64,000 nt of DNA from a phage, in the sequence record PV730302.1; one strand, 5' to 3'. The translations under genes were made by a program, and so were the position numbers. Under the pieces are notes generated by a model. That model was not told the DNA's origin. It saw nothing but the letters and a program-made list of their open reading frames with translations, and did no database searches. Within the stretch, counting starts at the first letter, position 1. Every line of letters begins with the position of its first letter. Shown piece after piece: positions 42,862-51,707 of the stretch.

Positions 42862-44385
42862 TTATAGTCCAGTTTGAGACCAATCACCAAATACATCTTC
42901 AAATGTATCAGCTTCTGTTTTATCGAAACGCCAACCTTTAATAATTGGAAGGAAAATACCTACGGTATCAGTACGTCCTTTAGAGTGAACCCAACCATTA
43001 CATTCACAGTCGGCAATACGGCCAATCAATTTACCTTCACGAGCTTGTTTCATAAGAAGTTCACGGTCTAAATCAGGACGGTCTTCCAGTGGAATCAATA
43101 CCTTTTTACCTGATTTATCTTTCTTATGGGTAGTATCTTTAAAGCCTGAGCCACAGTCACTTGTAATTCGACGGCAATGTGATACTAATTCAACACCACC
43201 AAGTTTGTTAGGGTCCTTCGAGTGTTCATAATAACCTACCACTTCTAAAGCGATATCTATTACTTCTTTGAACTTGATAAGATTCTTAGAACGGCGATTT
43301 TCCCAGTAGGAGTCCATGTTCTTAAGGATAATACCTTCCAGACCTTGGTCGACATATTTTTTATAAACGACTTTAGCTTCTTCAAGATTATTAACCCACT
43401 GGTTTTCGATAGCTTCAACACGCGTTGTGCCATGCAATACGACATTATGAGCAACCATAAGTTCTAAGGCTGTAAAGCGTACATCATACTTATCGCCTTT
43501 AATTTTACCTTCGGAATATACGACATCCAATGGGACATAATCCCATGCCTGTAATACCATACCAGCGGCTTCAGTAGCCGAAATAGTTCCTTGAAGAGCT
43601 TTGTTAGCCAAGCCATTTGACGTAGAACGATCGGCGACAGTTTGGAATTCCTTAGCCTTACTTAATTCAGGAAGTTCCTCGTCAAACATACTAAACAAAT
43701 CATTAGATGCTTTAGGTTCTACCTTAGGAGTATGGTAAACTAATTCGCCATCAATCATAACGCCATTAGGATGGCGTTGTCGAGCTTCTTCGGTCATGGC
43801 CATTAATTCAGCAGCCAAAAGATTAAGCCCTTGATATTCATTACCACCACGAGTAAGGAATGTCACACCATCGTTACGAACTTCGGCAAAACAACGAGCA
43901 CCATCAGCTTTTAATTGAGCAAACGCTGGCCATTTAATATTTTTCTTAATCAAAGCTTCATCATAAGAACTCGCCAACATCTGCGGTTGTTCAGGGATTA
44001 AACCTTTCCAAACCTTGTTAGCAATAGAAATCGATGCACCACATTCAAGGTCGCGCATCATTACACGACGTAATACCTCGGCATCCGGGGCCTTAGCATC
44101 AGCAATGATTTGAGCCAGTTCTTCAATAGCCGCATTACCCGTAATCTTACGTGTGGCTAATGTGAATTCAGCGAAATCAAGAAGGTCTTCAAGAGTAATC
44201 ATACCAAAGGATTGAGATGTAAATCCAGGTTCTGGCCACTTTTTAATACCGTAGTTCAGACGACGGGTATAAGCCATACGATAAACACGTTTCAGAAGCT
44301 CATTGTCCTTTTCACGAGCAATAATGGCTTCTTTAGCTTTAGTAGAATCAATAGCAGCAATTTCGTTTAAAATATCTAAAATCAT
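42862..44385 (-). CDS. gp30: ATP-dependent DNA ligase gp30
   Basis: Start at internal ATG (MILDILNEIAAID); KADGARCF adenylation motif; strong similarity to T4 DNA ligase as recalled. Confidence 0.92.
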   Translation of the reverse strand: MILDILNEIAAIDSTKAKEAIIAREKDNELLKRVYRMAYTRRLNYGIKKWPEPGFTSQSFGMITLEDLLDFAEFTLATRKITGNAAIEELAQIIADAKAPDAEVLRRVMMRDLECGASISIANKVWKGLIPEQPQMLASSYDEALIKKNIKWPAFAQLKADGARCFAEVRNDGVTFLTRGGNEYQGLNLLAAELMAMTEEARQRHPNGVMIDGELVYHTPKVEPKASNDLFSMFDEELPELSKAKEFQTVADRSTSNGLANKALQGTISATEAAGMVLQAWDYVPLDVVYSEGKIKGDKYDVRFTALELMVAHNVVLHGTTRVEAIENQWVNNLEEAKVVYKKYVDQGLEGIILKNMDSYWENRRSKNLIKFKEVIDIALEVVGYYEHSKDPNKLGGVELVSHCRRITSDCGSGFKDTTHKKDKSGKKVLIPLEDRPDLDRELLMKQAREGKLIGRIADCECNGWVHSKGRTDTVGIFLPIIKGWRFDKTEADTFEDVFGDWSQTGL

Positions 44386-44395
44386 AATCACCTCA

Positions 44396-44674
44396 TTAGT
44401 CATGGATTCTATTATAAGCCACATCAGCCAAAAGCAAGTCTAATCGCTTATGATAAGAGAACACAAATCTCATTCGCCCATCAGATTTGAACTTGGACAT
44501 AAAGTGGACATAAATGAATCCCTGTTCGACGCATTCGCGCCAAACAGGATGGTCTTTAGCCGGATTTACATCAAATGAGTAATCATGATTCACATGACGA
44601 ATAAACTGGTTTACATGACCATAATCCATTGTAGTGGTAGGACCATAGTCTGAAATTGTATGAACTACAAACAT
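44396..44674 (-). CDS. Hypothetical protein (30.1 position)
   Basis: ORF 44396..44707; start set to internal ATG (MFVVHTISDYG) adjacent to upstream gene stop. Confidence 0.45.
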   Translation of the reverse strand: MFVVHTISDYGPTTTMDYGHVNQFIRHVNHDYSFDVNPAKDHPVWRECVEQGFIYVHFMSKFKSDGRMRFVFSYHKRLDLLLADVAYNRIHD

Positions 44675-44675
44675 A

Positions 44676-45314
44676 TTAACCTCGAGCAATCCATTCAACT
44701 GCGGCATTATTACGAAGGGATTCGATGGCTGCGATATCGTCCCATGAATTAACCTTTACGGCTAAATTAGGTTTAAAGTCACGTTCACCACGAGCTAACC
44801 AATAAACTTGGATATCCATGAGAACATTAGATGCAGCATCACAGTGGTGAGCCAAATCATCAACATAAAACTTAATACGTTTACCGTACGTATTTTTAGC
44901 TCTTATGAAGAGGTCTTCTTTTGATTCTGAATGACCACACATCAGAATCTCCTTGAATGCGCCAGGGAACAAAGCATTCAAATTGAATTGTCTATTCAGC
45001 AGGGCATCAATTGAGTCGCCTAGCGCAGTCACGGCTACAAAATCGAAGTCTTTTTTGAGCTTGTTGATATGTTTTAATGCGTCCATGTAAGGAGACAGAT
45101 AACGAATAAAATCTGACTGATTGTACTTCTCGATTAAACGAGCGCCTAATTCATTATCACAATTAAACAGCTCGCCTGGAGATAAGAAACGTTCGTCCTG
45201 AATCATATTCAAAATATGTTCTAAAGGCAAATTATATTTCTGTGCGAAATAAGGCAAGCCGGACTGCCAACTTAAACATACTCCATCGATATCTGTTAAG
45301 ATAACTGGTTTCAT
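44676..45314 (-). CDS. HAD-superfamily hydrolase-like protein (30.2 position)
   Basis: 212 aa; N-terminal DxDGV motif (LTDIDGV) and C-terminal DD motif (FYVDDLAHHCD) typical of HAD phosphatases. Confidence 0.65.
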   Translation of the reverse strand: MKPVILTDIDGVCLSWQSGLPYFAQKYNLPLEHILNMIQDERFLSPGELFNCDNELGARLIEKYNQSDFIRYLSPYMDALKHINKLKKDFDFVAVTALGDSIDALLNRQFNLNALFPGAFKEILMCGHSESKEDLFIRAKNTYGKRIKFYVDDLAHHCDAASNVLMDIQVYWLARGERDFKPNLAVKVNSWDDIAAIESLRNNAAVEWIARG

Positions 45315-45778
45315 AATAAATCTCTCAATTTGTTTAGGATGTCGATAAACTCTTTTTCAGTTAGTATTGTATCACATTCTGTAAGGTGGCTTGCCATAGA
45401 ATGCTTTAAAACTTTGCCCTTTGTAGCTTGTAACGCATCGCGAAATCCTGGGTTTTGGATCGCTGCTTCAAAATAAGCATTTTCGTACAACTCTTTCCAT
45501 GCTGTAGAGTATCTTGAAATGGGAGTTCCAAGCCAGAACAGCGTCCCGCGGTCCGCAGCTCTAGCATAAGCTCTTCCAGTTTGTTGTGCGGCCAGACCGG
45601 ACATCCCAAATATACGTTTTTGTTGTTCAACATTTTTCACCTTACACCCTTGGAGGAATCCTTCGAGTCCTCCAAATTGGATACCATCCATAACGAAAGG
45701 CCATTTAGCAAAGTTACTTAATGCGCATGATGGCCATGGGAAGTTGCTTCTAATTTCTAATTCAGACATCTTTGACAC
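45311..45778 (-). CDS. NADAR / YbiA-like (DUF1768) protein (30.3 position)
   Basis: 155 aa; SNFAKWP...DG segment resembles the YbiA/NADAR signature; assignment from recall only. Confidence 0.55.
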   Translation of the reverse strand: MSKMSELEIRSNFPWPSCALSNFAKWPFVMDGIQFGGLEGFLQGCKVKNVEQQKRIFGMSGLAAQQTGRAYARAADRGTLFWLGTPISRYSTAWKELYENAYFEAAIQNPGFRDALQATKGKVLKHSMASHLTECDTILTEKEFIDILNKLRDLL

Positions 45779-45977
45779 TTATAATTTCAACATCAGCCCA
45801 ATGCCCATAACCCGGCAGACGGTCTTCAATAGATAATCCGCCATCAGATTTCAGCATTTTAATTGTCATGATATAAGGGTCTAAATGGTCTGCCGTATGA
45901 GGAGAAACATCAGTCACACGATAAGTCACTTCGACCATTTCCGTACCTAATAATTTCTGAATCAATTTCTTAAACAT
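45762..45977 (-). CDS. Hypothetical protein
   Basis: 71-aa ORF in compact co-directional gene array. Confidence 0.45.
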   Translation of the reverse strand: MFKKLIQKLLGTEMVEVTYRVTDVSPHTADHLDPYIMTIKMLKSDGGLSIEDRLPGYGHWADVEIISVKDV

Positions 45978-45978
45978 A

Positions 45979-46173
45979 TTATCCTCGCTTTAAACATTTG
46001 ATTACAGACAGTTCACCACCCATGCGAACGTCTTCAGTTCCATCGACCCATAAGACGGTGTAGGCTTCTTTAATAGTATCATTACCTAATTTAAAAGCAG
46101 GTAGAACCTTGGAAATCATTCCGGGAATACCTACACCTTTTAACTGAACCGTTTGCGATAAGAATAATTTCAT
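45979..46173 (-). CDS. Hypothetical protein
   Basis: 64-aa ORF tightly packed between neighbours. Confidence 0.45.
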   Translation of the reverse strand: MKLFLSQTVQLKGVGIPGMISKVLPAFKLGNDTIKEAYTVLWVDGTEDVRMGGELSVIKCLKRG

Positions 46174-46174
46174 G

Positions 46175-46483
46175 TTAGCCTCGGTATTTCATTTGGAAGC
46201 AATGCTGCTCGTTACATTCAATAAAGAACTTGCGGTCTGCAGCAGAAATAATAATTCGTTCGTCTTGACGGGCGTCCGTTTTGATAGATTTCATATCATA
46301 AGACACTTTATCATACGGTATATAGATTTTATACACGTCGCCATTCTGGGCGAAATCAACACGGAATAGCTCTAGACCTATTAAATCAGTTACAAGACTG
46401 TTTATAGCATAGAACCCGTCAAGCTGACTAGTAGGCAAACAGTACCATTTACCTTCAATAAACTCTAACATAATTAACCTCAA
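46175..46483 (-). CDS. Hypothetical protein
   Basis: 102-aa ORF; C-terminus HCFQMKYRG. Confidence 0.5.
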   Translation of the reverse strand: MRLIMLEFIEGKWYCLPTSQLDGFYAINSLVTDLIGLELFRVDFAQNGDVYKIYIPYDKVSYDMKSIKTDARQDERIIISAADRKFFIECNEQHCFQMKYRG

Positions 46484-46767
46484 TATCTCATCTGAAAGCC
46501 GTGTGATTTAACATTACCACCATAGATGTCAGAGGTATTGACTTCACGGGCGACACTTGGGTCGATATTGATATCATGGTTGAGCTTAGTGATTGCTAGG
46601 GTATCACGACCATTAACAGTACGGAATTCTACAGGGCATACAACATCGGCATAAGCCTTAATAGATTCACGAGTAGGTTGTTTGTCGGCAGGAACGTCTT
46701 TACCTGCTTTAGAGAAAACAACTTCACAGAAATTTTTACGAGTATCAAAATAAGTGGTCATAAACAT
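46480..46767 (-). CDS. Hypothetical protein
   Basis: ORF 46480..46800; start at internal ATG (MFMTTYF) preceded by GAGG; hairpin 46783-46798 upstream; C-terminus HGFQMRY. Confidence 0.5.
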   Translation of the reverse strand: MFMTTYFDTRKNFCEVVFSKAGKDVPADKQPTRESIKAYADVVCPVEFRTVNGRDTLAITKLNHDINIDPSVAREVNTSDIYGGNVKSHGFQMRY

Positions 46768-46808
46768 AATATTTTCCTCAAAGGAGGCCGAAGCCTCCAT
46801 TTTTAAGA

Positions 46809-47174
46809 TTAGATATCGAATTCGTTCAGAACTACATCAAAGATTGCTTCCAGGTGTTCAGGTTTAGCTCGGTTGCTCAGGATGTGACGAATCCAAGTTT
46901 TAACCAGAAGCTTACGATTAACACCGTTCCAGCAAGGATGGGTACCTAAATCACGTTGACGGAAATCGTCATCTAAAGCGATTTTAAAAGTAGAACCTTC
47001 CATTGTGATTGAAACCGTAATACCATTTTCAAAGCGCATATAAACGTAGTTAGGAGTCATGCACTGTTCGATTTCGCACACGGTGCCGTTGTTGTGTTTC
47101 CACAGGCAAATAACTTCAGAAGAACCAGCGATACCGTTAGAAACATATTTACGTTCGAAGTTGATGTAGTTCAT
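46809..47174 (-). CDS. Hypothetical early protein
   Basis: 121 aa; GGAG RBS and GTTTAC-N16/17-TATTAT promoter (47212-47244) upstream. Confidence 0.55.
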   Translation of the reverse strand: MNYINFERKYVSNGIAGSSEVICLWKHNNGTVCEIEQCMTPNYVYMRFENGITVSITMEGSTFKIALDDDFRQRDLGTHPCWNGVNRKLLVKTWIRHILSNRAKPEHLEAIFDVVLNEFDI

Positions 47175-47211
47175 TTTATTCTCCAGTTTGTTTTCGTATT
47201 ATTTGGTACAG

Positions 47212-47244
47212 GTCTATAATAACACAACCTGTACCAAAGTAAAC
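47212..47244 (-). promoter_or_regulatory. T4 early-type promoter GTTTAC-N16/17-TATTAT
   Basis: Upstream of gene 46809..47174; part of repeated leader cassette. Confidence 0.5.
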
Positions 47245-47248
47245 TGTT

Positions 47249-47617
47249 TTATGCAACTTTAATCCAATTATCTAAATTTAATTCACCTTTAGCTTTCATT
47301 TTTTCAATCAACTCATCAGCAGTAGTGCGACCATTTTGATACCATGTAACATCTTCAGAATAACCAGTTTCTTCATCTTCATAAGTCTTACAACGAATCT
47401 TACCAAGAATCAAAGTTTTCAGTTCGTAGGTATCACCGGTAAAAAAGTTTGTTACTATAATTTTCCAAGAGAAGTCATCAGAAGGACCTTCCGGAGTCAT
47501 GCAACCTACAAATTCAAATTGTTCTTTGTACAAGTGCCATTGCATTTCTTTGGTTTCGATAGCTTTATAACCGTCGTGGTCTTTACCTTTGATGTATGAG
47601 TTAAGATTGATTTTCAT
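47249..47617 (-). CDS. Hypothetical early protein
   Basis: 122 aa; 5' leader identical to that of the 46809..47174 gene. Confidence 0.55.
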   Translation of the reverse strand: MKINLNSYIKGKDHDGYKAIETKEMQWHLYKEQFEFVGCMTPEGPSDDFSWKIIVTNFFTGDTYELKTLILGKIRCKTYEDEETGYSEDVTWYQNGRTTADELIEKMKAKGELNLDNWIKVA

Positions 47618-47654
47618 TTTATTCTCCAGTTTGTTTTCGTATTATTTGGTACAT

Positions 47655-47690
47655 GTCTATAGTATCATGCCTACCGGAGATGTACACCCT
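47655..47690 (-). promoter_or_regulatory. Early-type promoter variant (TGTACA / TACTAT)
   Basis: Second copy of the leader cassette upstream of gene 47249..47617; -35 diverged. Confidence 0.35.
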
Positions 47691-47704
47691 TTTTTTAAAG
47701 ATTT

Positions 47705-47735
47705 AGAAACAAAAATGGGACTCCGAAGAGTCCCA
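47705..47735 (-). terminator. Rho-independent terminator after small basic ORF
   Basis: GGGACTC-ttcg-GAGTCCC hairpin followed on minus strand by ATTTTTGTTT. Confidence 0.6.
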
Positions 47736-47739
47736 TAAC

Positions 47740-47901
47740 TTATGCCTGAGGCTTACCAAAGCAAGCAGCATCTGCACGCAATACTGCACGAGCACGAGCT
47801 TGAAGCTTATCAACTACCTGATTGATACGCTTGTTGGACGCACGCTTGTAACCAGCGCGTTTAGAGGTACCGTCAACTACTTTAACTTCTTTCTTAGCCA
47901 T
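47740..47901 (-). CDS. Hypothetical small highly basic protein (53 aa)
   Basis: Not in track; MAKKEVKVVDGTSKRAGYKRASNKRINQVVDKLQARARAVLRADAACFGKPQA; followed by terminator hairpin plus T-run. Confidence 0.5.
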   Translation of the reverse strand: MAKKEVKVVDGTSKRAGYKRASNKRINQVVDKLQARARAVLRADAACFGKPQA

Positions 47902-48109
47902 TTTTAAATCTCTTAAATTAGGATGCAGGACTTATTGGCGTTGCCTGCGCAAGCCCTCAAGGGGAACATAGGTTTCGGATATTTAACGACAGGATAACCA
48001 TAAACCTCGTCATCATACCAACCACGACTTAGACAGATAACCTTTTTCTGACGCGTGATAGTACAAAATACATTCAAGAGGTACACCGTAAAACTGTTGG
48101 GGTCTTAAA

Positions 48110-48138
48110 ACTATAATGATTCGCAAATCATTAATCAA
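48110..48138 (-). promoter_or_regulatory. Sigma70-like promoter TTGATT-N17-TATAGT with palindromic spacer (AATGATT-cgca-AATCATT)
   Basis: Minus strand; inverted repeat occupies the 17-nt spacer; lies downstream of rIII and about 200 nt upstream of the small basic ORF. Confidence 0.4.
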
Positions 48139-48164
48139 ACAGTTCGACGGCTCCTCGATTTAAC

Positions 48165-48413
48165 TTACTTCAGGGTAATAATAAAATGACGTACTGCTTT
48201 ACGAGCTGCTGAAGCCAAAGGCTTAGCAAATTTCAGTTCATCTTTAGCTTCCAGTTCAGCAGCCAGAGTAGCCTGAGCTGGGTTCAGATGTTTGAAATAA
48301 CGCAGGATTTCCAGTGCTTCGGCTTCAACATCAATAGATGCGCCGTAGTTTTCGTGACCGTTGTTCCAAGCGTTGCGTTGCAGTTCAAGAGCGTGATTCA
48401 GATGTTTGTTCAT
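48165..48413 (-). CDS. rIII: rIII lysis-inhibition accessory protein
   Basis: 82 aa, same length as T4 rIII; position between the 30.x cluster and gene 31. Confidence 0.8.
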   Translation of the reverse strand: MNKHLNHALELQRNAWNNGHENYGASIDVEAEALEILRYFKHLNPAQATLAAELEAKDELKFAKPLASAARKAVRHFIITLK

Positions 48414-48559
48414 TTTAAATTCTCAATTCGAGATAAAGATTGGTGGACACGTTCTTCTGAATTTCACTTCCTTTCGGCAAGTCTCTCAGTTGTAGTCCAC
48501 CGCTTAGGATTCTCCGGTTAACTAACTAGTCCGGCAGCCAATCCATATTATTATTTATA

Positions 48560-48883
48560 TCACTTATAAAGACACGGAATAGCTTTATAGTGACAGGTAA
48601 CGAATTTTTGTTTAATTTCTTTAGGTTGTTTAATACCTAATGCAACCAACGGATGAGGCACGTTAGCAATCTTACCAACAGGAAGTGGAGTCAAATCACC
48701 TACTTCACAAAAATCTTCAGGGACATCAGGTCCTACAGAATAAATTTCACAAAGTTCAGGGATTTCACCTTGATGAAGTTTGCCAATAACGATACCAGAT
48801 GCAGTAGTTTCTTCATCACCAGCTTGTTTTGGTTCGGAAACGAGAATAACATATTCTCCGACCGCTTTAATAGGAAGTTCCAT
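48560..48883 (-). CDS. gp31: Co-chaperonin gp31 (GroES analogue)
   Basis: 107 aa; C-terminus [23 protein letters not shown] matches T4 gp31 as recalled. Confidence 0.9.
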   Translation of the reverse strand: MELPIKAVGEYVILVSEPKQAGDEETTASGIVIGKLHQGEIPELCEIYSVGPDVPEDFCEVGDLTPLPVGKIANVPHPLVALGIKQPKEIKQKFVTCHYKAIPCLYK

Positions 48884-48941
48884 ATTTAATCCATATTGTT
48901 TTGTTGATAGATTAATAATAACACGCTATTCTTAAAGCATA

Positions 48942-49241
48942 TTACAGGACAAGCAGAGTTTCAGTCTGAAGGCCGTTAATGGAAATCAGCTTATCGAAAC
49001 GGAATGAGCGCCAATCACTGGCCTTAGTATCAAATACTCTGATATAATTAACAGGTTCTTTATTGGCTTCTGGTCCAGGGGCCTGGACTTCTTTATACGG
49101 AAGCAGGTCTAAGTCACGTGTACAAGTCATACGACGGGCACTACCATCAGCCTTTTCAAACAGGACTTCATGAGTACCGACAGACAAAATAGTCTTGACT
49201 TTTTCACGGAGACGAATTGTTTCTTGTTCAGTTAAAATCAT
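48942..49241 (-). CDS. Hypothetical protein (31.1 position)
   Basis: 99-aa ORF; synteny. Confidence 0.5.
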   Translation of the reverse strand: MILTEQETIRLREKVKTILSVGTHEVLFEKADGSARRMTCTRDLDLLPYKEVQAPGPEANKEPVNYIRVFDTKASDWRSFRFDKLISINGLQTETLLVL

Positions 49242-49243
49242 AA

Positions 49244-49477
49244 TTACCCCAGAATAGTTTTTATAGTGGTTGCATTACGCTCTTTTAGAGCATTTAAGAG
49301 CCTATGGCAATTATCAAGAATAGGTACTGTTTTGTAATTCATGTTGGCATAAACCCACTCAGATTTATAGTACGATTTCCATCGAGAGAAAAAGTACTTT
49401 TTGTATTCTACTGAATAGGCTACTAAGCTTTCGCCTTTTGAGTTCAGACCTGAAAACTTAACTAGACGAAATTTCAT
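49244..49477 (-). CDS. Hypothetical protein (31.2 position)
   Basis: 77-aa ORF; synteny. Confidence 0.5.
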   Translation of the reverse strand: MKFRLVKFSGLNSKGESLVAYSVEYKKYFFSRWKSYYKSEWVYANMNYKTVPILDNCHRLLNALKERNATTIKTILG

Positions 49478-50022
49478 TATTCACCACAATAGTTTTGAAT
49501 TGATTCCCAGTTCAAAGAACGGAGACCTGTACGGTTATACTGGATAACTTCGATGCCTGATTCACGGAGGATATCGTCCCACCCTTCAGGATTTCGGTCA
49601 TAGAGCTCAGCATAAACCAATGTTTTAATTCCAGACTGCGCAATAGACTTAGCACAATCCGCGCAAGGAGATAACGTCACGTACATCGTAGCGCCATCAA
49701 TAGAACTTCCGGTACGAGCTGCAAACAAAATAGCATTCAGTTCAGCATGGATTTCATTTTTGGATGACCATGCAGCGTGAGCCATACGGTGTTCTTTAAG
49801 AAGAACAGATTTATGCGACATCCGCGTCGGGTCGTACACGACACGAGTCCAGTCCTGTTCCACTGCGTGGTCACAACAGTTCACACCACCGGACGGTGAA
49901 CCGTTATACCCTGTAGAAATAATGCGGCCATTCTTTTCAATAACCGCACCCACTTTCCATGAACAACATTTTGATTCCTGAGAAATCAGATAGGCAATCT
50001 GAAGATATGTACTTGCTTTCAT
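49477..50022 (-). CDS. cd: dCMP deaminase
   Basis: 181 aa; zinc-binding deaminase motifs (HAELNAI...SPCADCA). Confidence 0.9.
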   Translation of the reverse strand: MKASTYLQIAYLISQESKCCSWKVGAVIEKNGRIISTGYNGSPSGGVNCCDHAVEQDWTRVVYDPTRMSHKSVLLKEHRMAHAAWSSKNEIHAELNAILFAARTGSSIDGATMYVTLSPCADCAKSIAQSGIKTLVYAELYDRNPEGWDDILRESGIEVIQYNRTGLRSLNWESIQNYCGE

Positions 50023-50360
50023 TACATCACCATGATATAGGCAGATTTAGCAGTTTCAACACGATATAATTCATGTCGCAATTTCGTGATTGATTTTACA
50101 CGTGAGGTTAATATACCATAACCATCTTTAAAGCGTTTTTTCTTATCGAAAAATACTACACCCGCTAATGAACTACCAATTTCAACTGGTAACATAGTCA
50201 GCAGCACACCATCATAATCAGCTGGGTTAATGCTTTTGAACAGGGTATCATTCATCAACAAAGATCGGATAAATTGTATAGCGCCATCAGAGAGACCGCG
50301 ATGGTCTCCATCCTTATCTTCTTGTAATGCGGTGGTAATAGCTTCTACTAAACTAATCAT
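50022..50360 (-). CDS. Hypothetical protein (cd.1 position)
   Basis: ORF 50022..50393 with start at internal ATG (MISLVEAI). Confidence 0.45.
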   Translation of the reverse strand: MISLVEAITTALQEDKDGDHRGLSDGAIQFIRSLLMNDTLFKSINPADYDGVLLTMLPVEIGSSLAGVVFFDKKKRFKDGYGILTSRVKSITKLRHELYRVETAKSAYIMVM

Positions 50361-50589
50361 TAATATACACCCTCTGCGCTTCGACCAAACCATCTGAACC
50401 GAGTTTCAACTGGGTAATTTGGTCGCCATTTTTAGGATTAACGATAACCAATACCGCGCGCGGTGATTCCTGGATTACTCGCAGAGTTGCGTCAGGAAAA
50501 CGTACAGAAACCTTATTAATCAGGGCTTGAGCAAATTCTTTAACTTTAACGTGGAACTGCTCTACAGTAATAGGTTGTTCGCTCAGCAT
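50353..50589 (-). CDS. Hypothetical protein
   Basis: 78-aa ORF in cd-pseT small-gene array. Confidence 0.45.
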   Translation of the reverse strand: MLSEQPITVEQFHVKVKEFAQALINKVSVRFPDATLRVIQESPRAVLVIVNPKNGDQITQLKLGSDGLVEAQRVYIND

Positions 50590-51143
50590 TAGATGGTCTC
50601 CAACTTAAGTTGTTTGGTAGTGGTAGCTTGGGTAACATCGCCTTTAACAATATAACACACTTGTTGGAACGAGCTGGTCAAAAGCTCTTCGGCCTGACGA
50701 TCGGCTTGTTCCTTTGTGTTATGGCGAGAATGAACTTCAATCTTACCATTTTTAACAATAAGCACTTTCCAATCGGCTGTAGCTTTTACTGGCTTAGGTT
50801 CCGGCTTTACAGCAATACTCGTAGTAGCCAGTGGACGTACTACTTCAATAAAGTATTCGAATTCATGGGCAAAGGCGCCTACTGAATTAAAAAGAACACT
50901 AGTTGCATCGTCGGGATTACCTGTGATTTTGCTCAGGTCAACAAACATCAACTCATCGTATACACGAATTCGGCTTACACGTGGCTTCCCGTTATGGTAA
51001 TCAATTTCAACTTCAAACGGGTTCATACCTACATACTTGGCAAAAGCTGTATTGAGGCCGTAAGCACCGTTATTAGTGAATTTGTTTTTAGTGTATTCAC
51101 CGACGAACTTATAAAACTTACGCTCTTCAAAGAACTGGCTCAT
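50589..51143 (-). CDS. Hypothetical protein
   Basis: 184-aa ORF; candidate GTTTAC promoter upstream (about 51150-51205). Confidence 0.5.
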   Translation of the reverse strand: MSQFFEERKFYKFVGEYTKNKFTNNGAYGLNTAFAKYVGMNPFEVEIDYHNGKPRVSRIRVYDELMFVDLSKITGNPDDATSVLFNSVGAFAHEFEYFIEVVRPLATTSIAVKPEPKPVKATADWKVLIVKNGKIEVHSRHNTKEQADRQAEELLTSSFQQVCYIVKGDVTQATTTKQLKLETI

Positions 51144-51205
51144 TTCGATTTCCTCATTTGTTTCGGTAGGGTCATCATATCACCGTCCTTGGTGAAAGTA
51201 AACAC

Positions 51206-51484
51206 TTAAATTGCTTCGACAACTACCGTTTGTTTCTGGAAGTCCATTTTGCATGAAATAGCCAAAATGTGATTATCAATTTTAAATGGAACAATTGCAA
51301 ATGCTGCCCCAGGCGTGAGTTGAACAGTGATTGCATCAACCGCATCCGGGAACATGATTTCCAGAATAGCAGACAAACGACCGTGCACTTTTAGTTCAGT
51401 CGACGTGTCGACGGGTTCGTATAGGTAATCAGATACAATCTGACTAAAAACGGTTTTAACAATTTCAGAATAAGTAGGGAACAT
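51206..51484 (-). CDS. Hypothetical protein
   Basis: 92-aa ORF. Confidence 0.45.
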   Translation of the reverse strand: MFPTYSEIVKTVFSQIVSDYLYEPVDTSTELKVHGRLSAILEIMFPDAVDAITVQLTPGAAFAIVPFKIDNHILAISCKMDFQKQTVVVEAI

Positions 51485-51491
51485 AATAACC

Positions 51492-51707
51492 TCAGTGTAC
51501 TGTATGGACCTTCACGTTAACAATAAACCTGTCAACGACTTCAGTCAGAGGAACGAACTCAACATAGTACTCGCCTTTGTAACGTTCATTGAGGTCATTA
51601 CGAAGGGCTGCTAGTGAGTTAATGAGGGCAGGAGACATATTCAGACCTACCAGTTTCTGAAGCTCTTTATAAGCTTCTTCTTCAACTTCATGGTGTTTGT
51701 TATACAT
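51492..51707 (-). CDS. Hypothetical protein
   Basis: ORF 51492..51812 trimmed to internal ATG (MYNKHHEVEEE) so it does not overlap the upstream gene. Confidence 0.4.
   Translation of the reverse strand: MYNKHHEVEEEAYKELQKLVGLNMSPALINSLAALRNDLNERYKGEYYVEFVPLTEVVDRFIVNVKVHTVH

Noticed and set aside
47900-48165. tRNA or other structured RNA gene in the rIII-proximal ORF-free gap
   Set aside because: No T-loop (GTTCRANNC) or cloverleaf-compatible acceptor pairing seen by eye; region better explained as promoter plus leader. A small RNA cannot be excluded without folding or covariance analysis.
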